A stretch of DNA of 64,000 nt from Takakia lepidozioides. Lineage: Eukaryota; Plantae; Bryophyta. Below, in pieces: positions 1 to 14,113 of the stretch. Positions within the stretch are counted from its first letter, which is position 1. Every line of letters starts with the position of its first letter. The notes under the pieces are model-generated. The model was given only the letters and a program-made list of their open reading frames with translations. It ran no database searches and was not told where the DNA came from. The stretch covers positions 81,468,001-81,532,000 of the forward strand of contig CM060732.1 in NCBI GenBank assembly GCA_030704615.1, given 5' to 3'. The translations under genes were made by a program, and so were the position numbers.

Positions 1-698
1 CAAGGGAAACATCCCTTCCCAGTATGCAGGAACTACACCAAGGCCCTATTGTCAGATTGTTACTTCATATTGGCAGAAGACAGTACCAATTACTTCCTTC
101 AAAAGGCCAAGAACCAAGAGGGAGTTGAACCCACTGGCATGCCCAGCCACAAGTGGCTTGCATGTGGTCCAAAGTTGGGAAAAAACTGCAAGTGCTTAGC
201 TGGGCAAAACACTTTCCCCCCTTTTTGTTGTGACCACCATTCAGAATGCACAATACATGTATACACTGCAATGCAATGCAAATGCTCCCCATGAAGGACT
301 GACATGCTTGCAAATGCAGGACTGACTGACAGACATGGAGTGACTGACCAACTTGCAAAGTCCTGCTGAAGCCAAGCCTGCGGCTGCCTCGACGTTGGGG
401 ATTAATTTAAACGTGCAAAGCATGTCCAGCAACTAAAACCCTCATTTACAAAAACCTTTGCAATCTTGTAATCAGACAATTTTCCGGTTCACACATTTCT
501 GTCAAAAAGATTTCAAATTCCTCTTTGAAACATATTTTGCTTCTCCACTTCTACAGTGGACCTGCTGAATCTCAAGTTTCCCAGTCCTCACAGGATTTAT
601 GCAACTGTCTTCATCCAAAATTGACACAGCTACGACTGCACTTTGGAGAGGTGTTACACGCATCCTCTCCCTCTCTCTCTCTCTCTCTCACAGTCAAT

Positions 699-1217
699 TT
701 AAAATTGCAACTTCTTCTTATGGTGCCTCTCTTTCTTAAGGCGTCCTTGGCTCTTCCCTCTCTTCTTAATGCCTCCCCTTGCCTTCAACAGTCTCCCTGT
801 CACTGCACTTGAGACAGCCGTGCTCTCATCAATAGACATGGCGGTGACTCCAGTTCGTCCTCGAGTCTGTTCCTCCATCCCTGCACTCACGTGTTACCCC
901 AACAGTTCAGACAAAGCTGAAAAAACACACTCATGAGACGTTGAGAGATAATTGCACCAACGCCTACCTATCCAGACACAAAACGTGCAACGAGATTGAG
1001 TCATCGTAGAGAGAGAGGTAGAGAAAGAGGAGAGGGAAAACATACCTATTTCTTCAGGGTTGGAGCGACTCGTTTGAAGCTCGACCTTGGGGGCAGCCGC
1101 GGCCGCTTCCTGAGCAGCATACTTGGCAATGTCCTTGTGATCGTAGTGAGGCACCACCAGCTCCCTCTTGAGCGTCCTCAATCTCTTCTTCCTCTTGGAC
1201 CTTATCGACTTGCCCAT
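699..1217 (-). CDS. Protein LLP homolog (LLPH/LAPS18-like), 2 exons: 1217-1046 and 880-699
   Basis: N-terminus MGKSIRSKRKKRLRTLKRE resembles the LLP family start. Donor ATAG|gtatgt at 1045 and acceptor tgcag| at 881 join in frame (phase 1) to MEEQTRG...KKERHHKKKLQF*, a basic C-terminal tail. Confidence 0.8.
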
Positions 1218-1781
1218 CTCGCACTCTCTCCCTCACAACCTGAAGCTTTCCTCTCTGCTATTTGAGGGACCTTACACAGCAGAACTAGGGTTACGAGACA
1301 ACCCAGCCTTACGGGGGTTTCCCCGAAACAAGGTAAAAATGTGGTTAAAATCAGGGGTACTAGCTCATTCTGCCCTAAGTTTTGTAGACTGTAGTTATTG
1401 TGCAGAATAGGCGGGGGAAAGGTAACTGCCGATTTGGCAGCATGCAGAATCGGCTGACACCGTATATACACATATTTCATCGTATTCAGACTTACAGTTG
1501 AGTGATATTCTTCAATAATGTTTAGAATGAGAGAAGAATTATGTACTTTCTGAAAGGCTCCTAATTACACGACAAAATAGTAGGATTTGAACTTCGAACC
1601 AAGGAATGGTATATACCGGTATACAATAAGTGAAACCCTTTTTACCCTAGTTTTGCAAAAAAGGGTTTGGAAAATTAGGGGTTCAGATGTAAATTCTTTT
1701 AATTGGCCCACCCCTGGACATTTGAAACGGTTTTCATTACCGTTGTCTTCAGCCGGTCTTCTCTATTTTTTGGTAACAACA

Positions 1782-4700
1782 TCAATATATGATTTATGAC
1801 GATTTGTTTGTTTTGTTTTGTTTTGTTTTGTCACGTTGAGATGTCCCGAACCGCAAGGCCCCAACACTGGTGCTTGGTACCGTTGGAAAGCCCTCGACGA
1901 GGAGGGGTGCCCGGGCTTGGTCTCAGGATGTTTGGACATGTGGTGTGGGAGATGTGGAATTCCAAGTGCATTTGGTCGCTGGAAAATCACAAAAAATAGC
2001 AAAAATGGCAAAGTGGGCATTCCTGGACAATGGTTGGAGCCTCGACGGAAGAGATATCAAGGAAAAGGTCTCTGGTTCAAATCTGGTTGTAGGCTCCGTG
2101 GAAAAAAAACTGATTAGATTTGAATGACTTAGATGACATTGGACATTTGGGCCAACGGCACAGGCTATCCTAGGGCCTAGAGGTTGCACTTGGGCCTCGA
2201 CATAGGAGACGCACTTGGATACATAGGAAATTGCACTACATACATAGGAGATTGAACTTGGGCTTAGATGACGGTGGACAATTGGGGCTCTACATGGGAG
2301 ATGCACTTGGATACATGAATAGAAGATTGCGCTTGGATACATAGGAAATTACACTTGGTCTTAGATTTCAATTCTTCATATATTGGGCAAACGGCATAGG
2401 CTACACTAGAGGTCGCATTTGGGCCTCGACATAGGAGACGCACGGGGATACATAGAAGATCTTACACGTAGGCTTTGGACACTTGGGCCAACGGCATAGG
2501 CTACCCTAGAGGTTGCATTTGGGCCTCGACATAGGAAACGCAGTTGGATACATAGGGGATTGCACTTGGACTTAGATGACACTGGACACTTGGGCCAACG
2601 GCACAGGCTACCCTAGTCAATATATGAAGCGAGACGTTTGTTTGTTTGTTTGTTTTGTTTTGTTTTGTTTTGTAGCATTGAGATGTCCCAAACCGCGAGG
2701 GTCCGGCGCTAGTGCTTGGTACCGTTGGAAAGCCCTCGACGAGGAGGGGTGCACCGGCTTGGTCTCATGACTTTTGGACATGGGGTGTGGGAGATGTGGA
2801 ATTCCAAGTACTTTTGGTCGCTGGAAATTCACAAAAAATAGCAAAAATGGCAAAGTGGGCATTCCAATGGTGGGAGCCTCGACGGGAGAGATATCAGGGG
2901 AAAGGTCTCCGGTTCAAATTTGGTCGTAGGCTCTATGGAAAAAAAATGATGAGATACGGCTAACATGAACTTCAAGTACTTTTGGTCGTTGGACAATGAT
3001 TGGAGCCGCGAGATGAGAGATATCAAGGAAAAGGTCTCCGGTTCAAATCAGGTCGTAGATTCCATAGAAAAAAAATGATTAGACTTGGATGACATAGATG
3101 ACATTGGACACTTGGGCCAACGGCACAGGCTACCCTAGGGCCTAGAGGTTGCACTTGGGCCTCAACATAGGAGACGTACTTGCATAAACAGGAAATTGCA
3201 CTAGATACATAGGAGATTGGACTTGGGCTTAGATGTACGTGGGAGATGCACTTGGATACATGAATAGAAGATTGCACTTGGGCTTAGATGGGCCTCGACA
3301 TAGGAGACGCACTTGGAAACATAGGAAATTACACTTGGACTTAAATTTCAATTCTTCACATATGGGCCAACGACATAGGCTACACTAAAGGTCGCACTTG
3401 GGCCTCGACATAGGAGACATAGAAGATCTTACACTTGGGCTTAGATGACAGTAGACACTTGGGCCAACGGCACATGCTACCCTAGAGGTCGCTTTTGGAC
3501 CTCGACATAGGAGCCGCAGTGGGATACATAGAAGATCTTACACTTGGGCCTAGATGACAGTGGACACTTGGCCCAACGGCACAAGCTACCCTAGAGGTCG
3601 CATTTGGGCATCGACATAGGAGATGCACTTGGATACATAGTGGACCTGGACTTAGATGACACTTGGGCCAACGACACATGCTACCCTAGTCAATATAGGA
3701 ATTAAGACGATTTGTTTGTTTTGTTTTGTTTTGTTTTGTCACGTTGAGATGTCCCAAACTGCAAGGCCCCAGCCCTGGTGCTTGGTACCGTTGGAAAGCC
3801 CTCGATGAGGAGGGGTGCACGGGCTCGGTCTCACGAATTTTAGACCTGCGGTTTGGGAGATACTGAATTCCAAGTACTTTTGGTCACTGGAAAATCACAA
3901 AAAATAGAAAAAATGACAAAGTGGGCATTCCTGGGACAATGGTTGGAGCCTCGATGGGAGAGATATCAAGGGAAAGGTCTCCACTTCAAATCTGGTCGTA
4001 GGCTCTTTGAAAATAAAGAAATGATTAGATATGGGATTGCAAGTTGGATACTTGGGATTGTACATAGGAGATGCATTTGGATACATGAATAGAAGATTGC
4101 ACTTGGGCTTAGATTTCAATTCTTCACACATGGGCCAACGACATAGGCTACACTAGAGGTCACACTTGGGCCTCGACATAGGAGACCCACTCGGATACAT
4201 AAGAAATTGGGCTTAGATTTCAATTCTTAACACATGGGCCAATGGAGCAAACTACCCTAGGGCTAGATCTCCCAAACCGGAGGGTCGCTAGATACATAGG
4301 GGATACATCCCGTACGGGCTATCTTAGAGGTTGCACTTGGGCCTCGACATAGGAACGCACTGGGATACATAGAAGATCTTACACTTGGACTTAGATGATA
4401 CTTGACACTTGGGCCCATGACACATGCTACCCTAGAGGTCAAATTTGGGCCTCGACATAGGAGACGCACTTGGATACAGAGAGGATTGCACTTGGACTTA
4501 GATGACATTGGACACTTGGGCCAACGGCACAGGCTACCCTAGTCAATATATGAAGCGAGACGTTTATTTTGTTTTGTTTTGTCACGTTGAGATGTCCCAA
4601 TCTGCAAGGCCCCAGCCCCGGTGCTTGGTACCGTTGGAAAGCCCTCAACGAGGAGGGGTGTAGGGGCTTGGTCTCATGATTTTTGGACTTGCGGTGTGGG

Positions 4701-6509
4701 AGATCTCCCACACCGCAAGTACTTTTGGTCGCTGGAAATTCACAAAAAATAGCAAAAATGGCGAAGTGGGCATTCATGGGACAATGGTTGGAGCATCGAC
4801 AGGAGAGATATCAAGGGAAAGGTCTCCGGTTCAAATCTGGTCGTAGGCTATGTCGAAAAAAAATGATTAGATATGGCTTGCTTCATATATTGATGCACTT
4901 GGACTTAGATGACATTGGACAGTTGGGCCAACGGCATAGGCTACCCAGAAATTCGGGAAAAAGTAGCAAAGTGGGCTTTTCTGGACAATGATTGGAGCCT
5001 CCACATGACATATATCAATAATCATTGGATATATTACCACTCAATAAATTCATGAAAAACTTAAATTGGGCCTTAACATGGGAGACGAACTTGGAGACAT
5101 AGGAGATTGCACTTGGGCTTAGATGACACTAGACACTTGGGCCTCTATAGAGAGATACACTTGGATACATGAATAGAAGATTGCACTTGGGCTTAAATGG
5201 GCCTCAACATAGGAGACGCACTTGCATACATAGGAAAATGCACTTGGTCTTAGGTTTCAATTCTTCACACATAGGCCAAAGGCGTAGGCTACACGAGAGG
5301 TCACACTTGGGCCTCAACATAGGAGACGCACTAGGATAGATAGGAAATTTGTACTTGGTCTTAGATTTCAATTCTTCACACACATGGGCCAAAGGCACAT
5401 GCTACCATAGAGGTTGCACTTGGGCCTTGACATAGAGGACGCGCTGGGATCTTACACTTGGGCTTAGATGACAGGAGACACTTGGGCCAACGGCACAGGC
5501 TACCCTAGAGGTTGCATTTGGGCCTCGACATAGGAGACACACTTTGATACATAGGGGATTGCAGTTGGACTTAGATGACACTGGACACTTGGGCCAACGA
5601 CACATGCTACCCTAGTCAATATATGAAGGAGACGTTTGTTTTGTTTTGTAGATTTGAGATGTCCCAAACCGCAAGGCCCCAACGCTGGTGCTTGGTCCAG
5701 TTGGAAAGCCCTCGACGAGGAGGGGTGCACGGGCTTGGTCTCATGATTTTTGGACCAGCTGTGTGGGAGATGTGGAATTTCAAGTACTTTGGGTAGCTGG
5801 AAATTCACGAAAAATTGCAAAGTGGGCATTCCTGGGACAATGGTTGGAGCCTCGACAAGAAAGAGATAAAGGGAAAGGTCTCCGGTTCAAATCAGGTCGT
5901 AGGTTCTGTGGGAAAAAAATGATAAGACTTGGATGACTTAGATGACATTGGACACTTGGGCCAACCGCATAGGCCACCCTGGAGGTCATACTTGGGCCTA
6001 GACATAGGAGACGCACTCGAATGCATAGGAGATTGCACTTGGGCTTACATGACCCTCGTGAAAAGAAATGCATTTGGACTTATATGACATAGGAGATTGC
6101 ACATTGGGCTTAGATGGGCCTCGACATAGGAGACACACATGGGGAGACGCCCATCCTTGGATATATAGGAGATTGCACTTGGATGACATTGGACACTTGG
6201 GCCTCTACATAGGAGATGCACTTAGATACATTAATAGAAGATTGCACTTGGGCGATTTCAGATTTTCACACATGGGCCAACGGCATAGGCTACACTAGAG
6301 GTCGCACTTGGGCCTCCGACTTAGGAGATGCACTCCATACATAAGAAATTGCACTTGGTCTTAGATTTCAATTCTTCACACATGGGCCAAACACATAGGC
6401 TACCCTAGAGGTCACATTTGGGCCTCAGAGACGCACTTGGATGCATAGGGGATTGCACTTGGGTTTAGATGACACTTGACACTTGGGCCAACAGCATAGG
6501 CTACCCTAG
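1782..6509 (+). mobile_element. Tandem array of five non-autonomous Helitron copies (1782-2616, 2617-3689, 3690-4542, 4543-5615, 5616-6509)
   Basis: Each unit starts TCAATATA and ends in an imperfect hairpin (cttgggcc-aac-ggcacagg) followed by ctaccCTAG. Unit junctions read CTAG|TC. The array is flanked by A (1781) and T (6510) with no TSD. Internal minisatellites share a CACTTGG core. Confidence 0.85.
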
Positions 6510-6782
6510 TAAGACTAAACATTCCATGCAAGGCATTTTATCAATATAGAGTTAGTTGAGTGCTTCTTTGCAACAATCTGATCGTTGTCCTTGAAAGAGC
6601 AGTTCTCGAATGATATTGCATAAACAAGATTACGTAAATGGCATAAATTGTCAGTGAATGGCATAAATTGTGAGTGGTTCGATGCATGTTTCTACATTAA
6701 ACAAATCTTGGCACATCATATTTTCTCTTGGAGATGTGCTCCTTCACACAGCTGCTTTGATGTGAACAGGAGGAAGAAACGG

Positions 6783-9700
6783 TCAAAGGAAGTCCATCTT
6801 GACGTCCATGACATCCAGCTGCAAAATATTGGCTTCACAACCCAATATAGATCCGACACTGCACACATCAACCAACACTTTTCACTTTCTCAGCTCGTGT
6901 GTCAAATTACCTCTTGTACATGTGACTTACATGCCCCTACATATTACCAGAATCAATAGATTTGGTGCCAGCTTACTTTGGAAAAGTGCGCCCAAGATCA
7001 CCATGCACGAACTCCTTGATATATGTTCCTGCCTGCAATTGCCAACCAATGCTCGTCAACGGTTCCTTGTTGCTTATTGGGTATAGATTTCTTACGGGCC
7101 TAGTCCTTTGTAGAATCCTCAGCCTCCTGCAGCGGCTACTGGATAACCCACCATTGCCAAACAAGAGTACTGTTACTTCGGTGAGGTGGTAAATGACTTG
7201 AGGCTTGCCTTGACATTCCAATGGACAGGGTGATGGTCATTCAATACCACCGAGGAAATGAACTGAAATGAAATAAACTTTGTAACGGCCACAGAAAGCT
7301 CGAAGAGTCATGAACTATTATCATGCCAGACATTGATGTACAATGAGTGTGTAACCCCTCTGGGATACACACCTTGACAACACCAGTGGGTTCTCAGCTC
7401 ACCAGGGTCTAGGTGAAATTTCAATAATGCTCATGTACAGCTAAAAGAAAATTGTTCAAGGGAATTGAAATATACTCATTGACCATTCCCAGTGAACATG
7501 GGCAATGACATAAACTCCCCAATGGATACTACCAGCCTTGTGGCCACTGGATGTTATGAAGTTTTTTTTTTCTTTCCTTCGGAAGGGGTGGAAATCATGT
7601 CCAAACAGGATCACAACAGACTCACCAGAAGAGAGCTTATGGAACTTCATGTCAGGCAAACACAGAAGCCGGCCACTCTAACAACTCCATTTCTACGGAG
7701 ACATTCTTAGTTCTCCGTGATGATAGAACCTTGTGGCCTAATTACTTATTTGCACCTTTATCTCCCTCTCTTTTTAGGGCCTAGGGGCGATTCAGGGTGG
7801 GCTCCTACAATTTAAGGGTAGAGACTGGTAGGTGGGAAAACTTGCAGCAAGAAGACCGCCTATGCCCAGCATGCACTGATGTATCAAAACTGAAGTACAC
7901 TTCTTCTTTTACTGTCCTCTTTAGTATGAGATACGTGGGAGATTCCACTCTGTTCCGTGAAACCCAATCTCTCACAGAAGTCTTCCATTATGAGGATCAG
8001 AAATACTTTGCGACTTATCTGCACGAAGCTTTGACCCTTGGGCAATTCCTTCAGCAGTGGTTGCTTTTGGGCTGCTTATGGCTTCACCCGGTCTTCTATT
8101 TTCTTTCTTGTTTCTTGTTTCCTTCTGTCCCATAAGCTCTTTGAGCTTTCTGCGGACGTTATGAACTTCCATTTCATTTCAGTTCTATCCCTCTCTGGCT
8201 CTAAAATCAGCTTTCAGGATGCCACAGATGAGGCATGCACAAGAAAAGTGGGTACCTGAGTGCAGAGAAACAAGAGGAAATAGTGTTGGCTTCCCTGAAT
8301 CTCCTCACACCTCATCCTGCAATGGAATATTAACCAGAAGCACATTAGTATTGAAGTAACATTATTCATGATAGACCTTGCAGGACATGCAATGGGGTGA
8401 CAACCTCATACTGATGTATCAAACTATCCTATTCATGACCAAACCCAACAAGAGATTTCCTCTTCCTTGTCCAAAATTTTTACTAGTGTGAATCCAGAGA
8501 AATATTCAGGACAATACCTCGTATGCTTCATAGAATACCACAGCAAGGAGAAGGAATGTCCTGAGTGGAGTTTGCAATGGCCTTATGGCACAGACTATGC
8601 ATCTGGTCACATGCAAGGTAAGAAGGGCGAAGGGTGCAAGAGGTGAAAGGCCCCCAAAGGGAAAGGAATGAGAGAGAATCTTTCAAAAGAAAACAAAAAG
8701 AGGGAAAGAAACAAATCTAGAAACCCACAGCAAGCTTGAATGAGCGTATGAGAGCAGACGGGAGTGTGGCCTTGTCATATATGCCATGGCCAGTTTGAGT
8801 GGTGAAGAACAAGAAAGGATGATGAGGGAGAAGTAAAAGGGAGAGAAAATACCAATGGATTGTCCGTGGTCGTATAAGAGGGCTCCGACGGTGCAAGACC
8901 CTAATAGGTGTCTTTTGCTGTATTTCCTGTGTCCCACCATCAGTTTTACAAATTTTCAAATAATGCCATAATGCAGGGACTCCATAAAAGTCACGATACA
9001 ATAAATGAGGAGGGTTGATAATGAGGCCAGACTTTAGCAAATACAACGTTGAAGGGATTCATCCCCAGAAAAAGTGCCCCACAGGAGTGAAGAAACTTCA
9101 CCAGTTCTTTCAAGCTTGATAAGCTTTCAAAGTCGGCTTTGGTCACCTGGCGTGATAGCCACACCACTGCCGCATACTCCTTCTGTTCCAATCAACCACT
9201 TTAGACGGTTCCTTAGTGATAGATTCCATAGTTCGATTGGTTGCCGGGTTCATAGTGTTGATTTTAAGGGGTGGCTATGATATTATGAAGGAAATTGTGA
9301 TGTTGAATAAGCACTGCTGGGGAAACCTTAACAAAGTGACAATTGTGGCTGTAAGAAGAACACGATTGAGAAGACAGACCTGCTTCTCAGCTTCTCCTTC
9401 CCTCATAATGGCACATGCCTCAATGCCCACCTGTCGAAGCTCCCTAACTTTGACCTGCTCTGCCCTCGACAACATGGCATATCCACCACCCATTAAGAGC
9501 AACCCTCTTCTTTGAGCCCTTGAAAGCAAAAGCTCTGGGTTAATGAGCACATACCACAGGATTAGAATTTTGAGCTCCTACACAGATAGAACGTAAATAT
9601 AACAGAACCAGTCCTATCTAAGCCCATGCCTTTCAAGTGGCTGATGACCTTCGACTTCGTCAAAGGCCTCACCCAGCAGCAAAGGGTGCTAGATAATGTC

Positions 9701-12700
9701 CATCAAATGATAACTTAACATCAAAGCTCAAAAAGACTCTTGACTGAACTATATCAAGGTATGTGGCATTGAAAGTTAAAGAAATCCGACTTACCCAGCC
9801 TTCTTTAAGACTGTTTATCTCTGCCTCCATAGTTGGCATGGCTGATGAAGATGGGATAACCCTAGCATTTGAGATCTCCAATATAAAGGGCCGCCCAGGT
9901 CCAAGCATACGCACCTAACCATGAGACATTAAGAAAGCCATGGTTATCTTCTCTCTTTTGTTCAGTGTTTTTATTCTGGCGAAAAATCGCCAGAGTTCAA
10001 CTTGGCAAATGACTGAGCTACTTGTACAAAGGAATTATGGGGGACCAAAATGGGCCAGTGGTGGAATATCAGGCACCTGATTGCCCCATCATGGGCCCGC
10101 CAAAACGTGCCACATGTCATATAGCTACCTTTCCAAACGTGCCAGCTCATTATTATTGCCACCTGGGCGTCGGGTAGAATATACAGGTGGACTTGTCAGC
10201 GAATTTTGAAAAATGAAGGAAAAAAACACTGCTTTCGTCCTTCTCTGCTCCCACAATTACTGGCCCTCTTTCTGCTCCCCCCTTGTTCCCTCTACCTCCC
10301 CATATGCCGGCCCCATTCTGCTGTGTCTGAACTGGACTGAGAGTCTATGGCACAAGGTAAGCAAAGACCTACGGCCCCAATTTGTAGCAAAACGCCGAAG
10401 CCTTGCACTTGGTAATCGTTACACCTGATAGTTTCAGTTGCAGATGTGGGAATCCCAACCAAAAGAATATGACGCACAAATCTACTACACGTCTGCAAAG
10501 AGTCTCTCTGCTACTTGCAATGCCAAGCATGAGCTGGCTACAAGAGGAAAGAGAGCATACATCAATGTCCTCTCGACCAGCAGCATGGAACTTGTAGCTG
10601 TCTGCTTTATATGGAGGAAATACCAAGGCCCCTATCACCTCCTGCAACAGATACGTTCAGGAATTATAAATAGTCAGAATTTTGTTTTCCTGGTCTAAAC
10701 AAAAAAATGACACCAGTCATAAGTTGCAGTCCCTCCTGAAGTGAGGCCACCGCTCTTATGAGATAATGGACAATATCTTCAGTCACTTATTGTAGTTGTT
10801 CCATTCTTCCCATTAGAATTTGGCAAGGTAGTGAGCCCAGGTTTCCAACAGCGGTGGACAGACCCATAACCTCTAACGTAGTCCATTGGTTGAATTTGAA
10901 TCCACCTGCCAGGCTCCATGTACGGAAAAGCTGTACAGTAGTAGCATCTGAAAGTCACATGAAAGGTAAAGATTGTGCTGAAAGTAACCTGACGGCCTCA
11001 AATAGTAAAGAGAGATCTCACCTGCACAGACCCCTCACCCATGCGCTCATCATCTATCATCCAGCGGCTTTGGCTGATATTCCTTGAATACTGTCACACA
11101 CAAGGTACCAATTCTGAGATCTTCAAGAGCAGTCTCGTTTAACAATCCCAAACAATTTTCTTCTGAACTACAGCATGGAACCGTTTGAAATCTCCTAGTG
11201 ATTCCTTGTGGGCGATGGAAGTAGCATGAATTCATTATCCTCCATTCCACCCTTTGACTGCCTTAATACTTGGGCCCCAAGAGAGAACAGCACCGGGTTA
11301 GGAAAGTAGGACAAGGGAAATCAAATGAATTTCACCACCTGGATGAACTAACTGGTGTTGATGTGACACACCTTAAGATATCTGCCACCTACATACACGG
11401 GCATTCGCCAGCACATGGTCATCAACTCGCAAGGTGCTGTTGGCTGTCTCACATTTTCACAAAAAGAAACACTGTAAAGGTCATGAAATGAGATGAATGT
11501 CTGCGGGAAGCTAAAAGAGCTTATGGGACAAGAGGAAGAAAGAAACAAGAAACAGAGAAGGGCCACAAACAGCCCACAAGCAACTAAGTCTCAAGGGATT
11601 GTCTAGGAGTCAATGCTTCATGCACATAAGCTGCCAAGCATTTCTGATCCTCGTAGTGGAAGACCTCCGTGAGAGATTGATATCCTGGAATAGACAATTA
11701 ATCTCCCGCGGATCTCATAGTATAGAGGGCAGTGAAAGAAGAATGTTCTTCACTTTCGATTTCCTGTAGTTCCCAGCGCAGGCGGGGCATAGGTGGTCAT
11801 CATGTTGCAGATTTTCCTACCTACTAGTCTCTATCCACAGACTGGGAGCCCACTCTGAACCTCCCCAATGCCCTCAGAAGAGAGCCGTGTCCAAGAGCGA
11901 AATGAAATGGAACTTTATAATGTCTGCAGAAAGCTCAAAGAGCTTATGGGACAAAAGGAAAACAAGAAACAAGGAAGAGAATAAAAGACAAAGAGTGAAG
12001 CTAGAAGCAGCCCAAAAGCAACTACTGCTCAAGGGATTGCCTAAGGGTGCATGCGTCCAAGAGAGAAACGAAATGGAACTTCATAACTCCACAGAAAGCT
12101 CAAAGAGCTTATGGGACAAAAGAAAAGCAAGAAACAAGAAAGAATAACAGACAAAGAGTGAAGCCAGAAGGAGCCCAAAAGCAACCTTGGGAGGAGGGCA
12201 AGGAAAATGGCGTGCAAGTGTGTTGTAGTTCATTGATGTGAGGGCTCTCTGTACCCCAGCCACTGATTCATTTGCCTCCAATGCAGTCCGGGCTGCTACA
12301 ACAGCGGCCAGGCCTTCGGTTGGTGCCGCATCCACTAGCCCTGAAACTATCGTTTAGTCAATCAGAAGACGCTTTAAGCCAGGTGGATCAAGCCAACCTG
12401 ACAACTCTCATTCTCGATGTCTCCATGAGCCCTAGCCACATTTTTTTCTTCAGACACTGAATAAGAGAGATTTACCCTGTTTCCGACGCTTTGTGTCCCC
12501 TCCCATACAGCTACTGAGAAACTCAAGCTCTGCCGACGATTCAGGATGCTTGTACATCAACGCTACTCGGAACAAGGAATTCGCATCAAACTTGGCACCC
12601 TGCAATACACCACAAGAAGAAATTGGATGAAATTAGAAAAGAAAATTGAAAAGTCAAAATGCCTTGTGGCTGCTGGATGGTGCTGGCCTCAGTTAAATCC

Positions 12701-14072
12701 CCGCTATATTGTATGCACTGTTGGAGCTCTCTCAACCTACAAAAACAGCATAGAACAGAAAAAATACACTTGAACAAAAACAGGAAGTAAATGTGAGTAG
12801 GAGCCACAATACCAGCAACAACTCAAGAGGTCCAATCAAGGACCACTTGATGGCTTCCTTCAGAGACACAATCTGGTCGATCTCTTGGTCGGCGCAAAAC
12901 AGACCCTTTTCACTGAACTGTTGCTTCAGATGGTACCTGCTCATGTTTTTCTTAACATTTAGTACCACTTAGCTTCCAAAAGGCTAGTGCTGCCAACACC
13001 ATGAGGAAAATTCTAGGCAAAGTCAAACCTCATGTACTCCATCCCAAGGCCTGTAACAAATGGCGAGAAAAATGAAAATTTATTACCAAGAATAGAAGAT
13101 GAAAAAAAGAAAGTATTATTACGTCCATGGCAAGCCACACAGGACCCATCCAACACTGCAGAACAACAGAAAACAAAGAGTTGACTCATAGAGATTGACT
13201 CATGCCGTAGCTTGTGGCCATATACCCCATACACAGTTAGGATGGAACAAGAGGGAAGAGACACTACCTTAGTATGAATATAGTTTGGGTTTCCTCTAGA
13301 AAGCGCTTAACACAAGCATCAATCTGCTGTGTGTGAGCTGCCCAGCAATTAGCACCACGACCTGAATGGTTTCTAGAGATTTAACAGGGTTGGAATTGTT
13401 GACCCACACAGCAGATGCGTACTCCAAGGCCGGCCTAATAACATTGCAAAGCATGGTCCTTTGAACTTCAGTATTAATCCCTCTGCAGTGGAAAAATTTA
13501 TTGAGACCCAAAGCTTTGTGTTTAGCTGATTGAATCACTTTTTGTATATGCACATCCCAGTTATAGTTTCAGGAAAACTTTAAGCCGAACAAGAGAAATT
13601 GAGAGAGAATGTACTCATAAGACGTTTGCCGTAGCCTTGTGGCCATTGACCCCGCGCCCAGTTTGAGCGGAACACAAAGGGACAGAACCTACCTCTGTCA
13701 GGGGCTGGCGTCGGTAGTAAGAATTACCTTGAAACATTGATCCGGGTTTTCCAGATATCCTCTAGAAATCCCTTCACACAAGCATCAATCTGCTGTGTGT
13801 GGTTTGCCCAATAACTAGCCCCAGAAGGGCCTGGGCTTTTGGGTCAGCCTCGAGACTTTCAAAGTTGGTAAACAGAGGTACAGGCACAATTCCCTTGATA
13901 GAATTGAGGAGAGCGTCTCTCTGGTGAGAGAACCCCGGACAGTGAATCACAAAATGAACATTGTCTTCAGGTTGCCCACACAAGGGCAATTGCACTCTCC
14001 CTTTCCTCTCTGCTTCTGTTTGCTGTTCAAAGGTAGGCTTCCCGCCCTGAGTTTAAATTTCAGTCTAGTGAG

Positions 14073-14113
<41 letters not shown>

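Noticed and set aside
2025-2095. tRNA or SINE-like A/B boxes (TGGTTGGAGC...GGTTCAAATC) in each Helitron head
   Set aside because: No convincing cloverleaf, acceptor stem or anticodon arm could be built. The resemblance may be chance. tRNAscan-SE would settle it.
1782-6509. CRISPR-like or protein-coding repeat array (many similar ORFs on both strands)
   Set aside because: There are no unique spacers and no cas genes, and the context is eukaryotic. The ORFs are short, frame-inconsistent by-products of the repeat. The TC/CTAG termini explain it as a Helitron array.
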